64,000 bases of DNA from Dehalococcoidia bacterium (GTDB lineage: Bacteria; Chloroflexota; Dehalococcoidia; UBA6926): the NCBI GenBank assembly GCA_963666115.2, contig CAXXET010000006.1, positions 64,001-128,000 of the forward strand, given 5' to 3'. A program made the position numbers and the translations under genes. This document shows positions 61,773 to 64,000 of the stretch, in pieces (position 1 is the first letter of the stretch; each line of letters starts with the position of its first letter). Under the pieces are notes generated by a model. It had not been told where the DNA came from and did not search any database. It worked only from the letters and a program-made list of their open reading frames with translations.

Positions 61773-62699
61773 CTAACTAAAGCGTCCGGTGATATAGTCC
61801 TCGGTCGTCTTCTCTGTCGGATTCGTGAATATCTCTGATGTGGGCCCGTACTCAACGAGCATCCCGGCGCGGTCCTCCCCCATGTGCATGAACGCCGTCA
61901 TCTCGGATACCCGCGCCGCCTGCTGCATGTTGTGCGTGACGACCAGGATCGTATACTCGCGCCCCAGTTCCTGCATCAGTTCCTCGATGCGGAGCGTTGA
62001 CGCCGGATCCAGCGCGGAGCACGGCTCGTCCATCAGGATCACGTCTGGCTCGACGGCAAGCGTCCGTGCAATGCACAGCCGCTGCTGCTGGCCCCCGGAA
62101 AGCTCGTTCCCCTGCTGCTTCAGCTTGTCCTTCACCTCGTCCCACAGCGCCGCCTGCGTCAGGCACCGCTCCACAATCTCATCCAGATCCTCGCGCTTCG
62201 TGACTCCGTGGCGACGCGGTCCGTAGGTGATGTTGTCATAGATGGACATTGGCAGCGGGTTGGGCCGCTGGAAGACCATCCCGACGGCGCGCCGCAGCTC
62301 CGTCACGTCCACGCGGCGGTCATAGATCGGCACGCCGCTCATCTCGACAGCGCCCTCGACCCGCGCGCCCGGAATCAGGTCGTTCATGCGATTGAAGCTG
62401 CGCAGAAGTGAACTCTTGCCGCAGCCGGACGCGCCGATGATTGCCGTCACCGTGCGTTCGGGAATCTCGACGGACACGTCGCGGAGAGCGCGGAACTCGC
62501 CGTAGTACAGGGACATATTCTCCGTGCGCAGTGAAACGGGCCGCTCCGCCGCCGCTATCCTGTCCGTCTCCCGTGCTGTCGTCATCGCATTGTCCCGCCC
62601 CGTGCCGTTCCGACCTGTATCTCCATTTGCCACGGTTGTCATGATAGGCGTCCGAAGCGGCTCGGCGCTGCGTGGGCTTTCAGTCATTTTGTTCATCAC
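61773..62699 (-). CDS. pstB: Phosphate ABC transporter ATPase, second copy
   Basis: [37 protein letters not shown]. Confidence 0.95.
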   Translation of the reverse strand: MMNKMTESPRSAEPLRTPIMTTVANGDTGRNGTGRDNAMTTARETDRIAAAERPVSLRTENMSLYYGEFRALRDVSVEIPERTVTAIIGASGCGKSSLLRSFNRMNDLIPGARVEGAVEMSGVPIYDRRVDVTELRRAVGMVFQRPNPLPMSIYDNITYGPRRHGVTKREDLDEIVERCLTQAALWDEVKDKLKQQGNELSGGQQQRLCIARTLAVEPDVILMDEPCSALDPASTLRIEELMQELGREYTILVVTHNMQQAARVSEMTAFMHMGEDRAGMLVEYGPTSEIFTNPTEKTTEDYITGRFS

Positions 62700-62705
62700 T
62701 CCCGC

Positions 62706-63501
62706 CTATCCAAACCGTCCTGTGATATAGTCCTCGGTCGCCCTCTTCTGCGGCGTCGAAAAGATGTCGCCCCGTCTCCCCGAATTCCACGACATAGCCG
62801 CTGCGCTCGTCGTCGACCGTCAGGAACGTCGTGTAATCGGAGACGCGCGCTGCCTGCTGCATGTTGTGTGTGACAAGAGCGATGGTGTAGTTCGGCGCCA
62901 GTTCCCGCATCAGGTCCTCGATGGCCAGCGTCGCGATGGGATCGAGCGATGAACACGGCTCATCCATCAGGATGACCTCCGGGTCCAGCGCCAGCGTCCG
63001 CGCGATGCACAGCCTCTGCTGCTGGCCGCCCGACAACTGGTACGCCGATTGCTTCAGCCTGTCCTTCACCTCGTCCCACAACGCCGCCTGCCGCAGGCAC
63101 CGTTCCACAAGCGCGCCCATGTCGCCCTTGTACCCGGCGAGCTTTGGCCCAAACGCGACGTTGTCGTAGATCGACTTCGGGAACGGGTTTGGCTTCTGGA
63201 AGACCATGCCGATACGGAAGCGAATCTCGGTCGGGTCCGCCTCCTCCGCGTACACGTTGTCCCCGTGAAAGAGAACCTCCCCGTCCACCCGCGCCGTTCT
63301 GATCAGGTCGTTCATCCGGTTCATGCACCGCAAGAGCGAGCTCTTGCCGCAGCCGGACGGCCCGATGAACGCCGTGATCTTCCGTGGCGGAATGTCCAGG
63401 TTCACGTCCTTGAGCGCCTGGAAGTCCCCGTAATAGAGGTTCAGCCCTCGAACGGACAGGGCAGGGGGCGCGGATACCGCCGTCTCTGTTGCAATTGCCA
63501 T
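62706..63501 (-). CDS. pstB: Phosphate ABC transporter ATPase, first copy, with an apparent +1 frameshift near the 3' end
   Basis: [21 protein letters not shown]; removing one base from the C4 run at 62770-62773 restores [20 protein letters not shown]. Confidence 0.88.
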
Positions 63502-63509
63502 TCTGTCTC

Positions 63510-64000
63510 TCACTCCTCAGACCGCCGCTGGAACCTGTCCCGCAGCAGGATCGCCGTCGCGTTCATGGTCAGCAGCACCAGCAGCAGGATGATGATCGCC
63601 GCCGCCGTCACGTGCTGCCAGTCCAACTGCGGGCGCGACACCCAGTTGAAGATCTGGATCGGCAGCACCGTGAACCGCTCAAATGGATGCCCGGGCGTGA
63701 ACGTCACGAAGACGAGGCCGGAGATGGCGAGCAACGGCGCCGCCTCCCCAATCGCGCGGGACATCGCGAGGATCGTGCCCGTCAGGATGCCCGGCAAGGC
63801 CGACGGCAATACGACGTGCCGCACCGTCTGCCATCGCGTCGCTCCCAGGGCCAGCGAACCCTGCCGGTAGCTGTCGGGCACGGACCGGATCGCCTCCCGG
63901 CCCGCCACGATCAACAGCGGCAGCACCAGCAGTGTCAGTGTCAGTGCGCCGGCAAGGATGACCCGGTCCATGCTCAGCAGGAACACGAAGACCGCCAGCC
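63510..64000 (-). CDS. pstA: Phosphate ABC transporter permease PstA (5' part outside the window)
   Basis: EAIRSVP...[35 protein letters not shown]. Confidence 0.93.
   Translation of the reverse strand, partial: LAVFVFLLSMDRVILAGALTLTLLVLPLLIVAGREAIRSVPDSYRQGSLALGATRWQTVRHVVLPSALPGILTGTILAMSRAIGEAAPLLAISGLVFVTFTPGHPFERFTVLPIQIFNWVSRPQLDWQHVTAAAIIILLLVLLTMNATAILLRDRFQRRSEE

Overview
High-GC bacterial chromosome segment. The gene content (several CaiB/BaiF CoA-transferases, sortase, S-layer-like protein, archaeal-type PEP carboxylase) suggests Chloroflexota/Dehalococcoidia, possibly SAR202-like; this is inference only. The housekeeping backbone is gltA, hup, the dcd-rib operon, lepB, tRNA-Lys, a proVWX-type ABC transporter, infC-rpmI-rplT, thrS, pyrG, rho, meaB, an ADP-forming acyl-CoA synthetase and pstAB-phoU. 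It is interrupted at many gene junctions by small defence-type inserts: two type II RM systems, a Dcm-GHKL ATPase-Vsr cassette, about seven toxin-antitoxin modules or remnants, a solo SNF2 helicase and a 906-aa membrane protein. No integrase or transposase is visible. Three signals stand out. (1) About 25 short palindromic repeats from four families all point the same way on the + strand, cluster at insert boundaries, and sometimes lie in frame inside genes or supply stop codons. (2) Local patches of extreme + strand G depletion and short stutter duplications surround them. (3) The tRNA-adjacent membrane protein has a C-terminus that by eye resembles an HK97 capsid/encapsulin fold. All calls were made by eye, without database searches.
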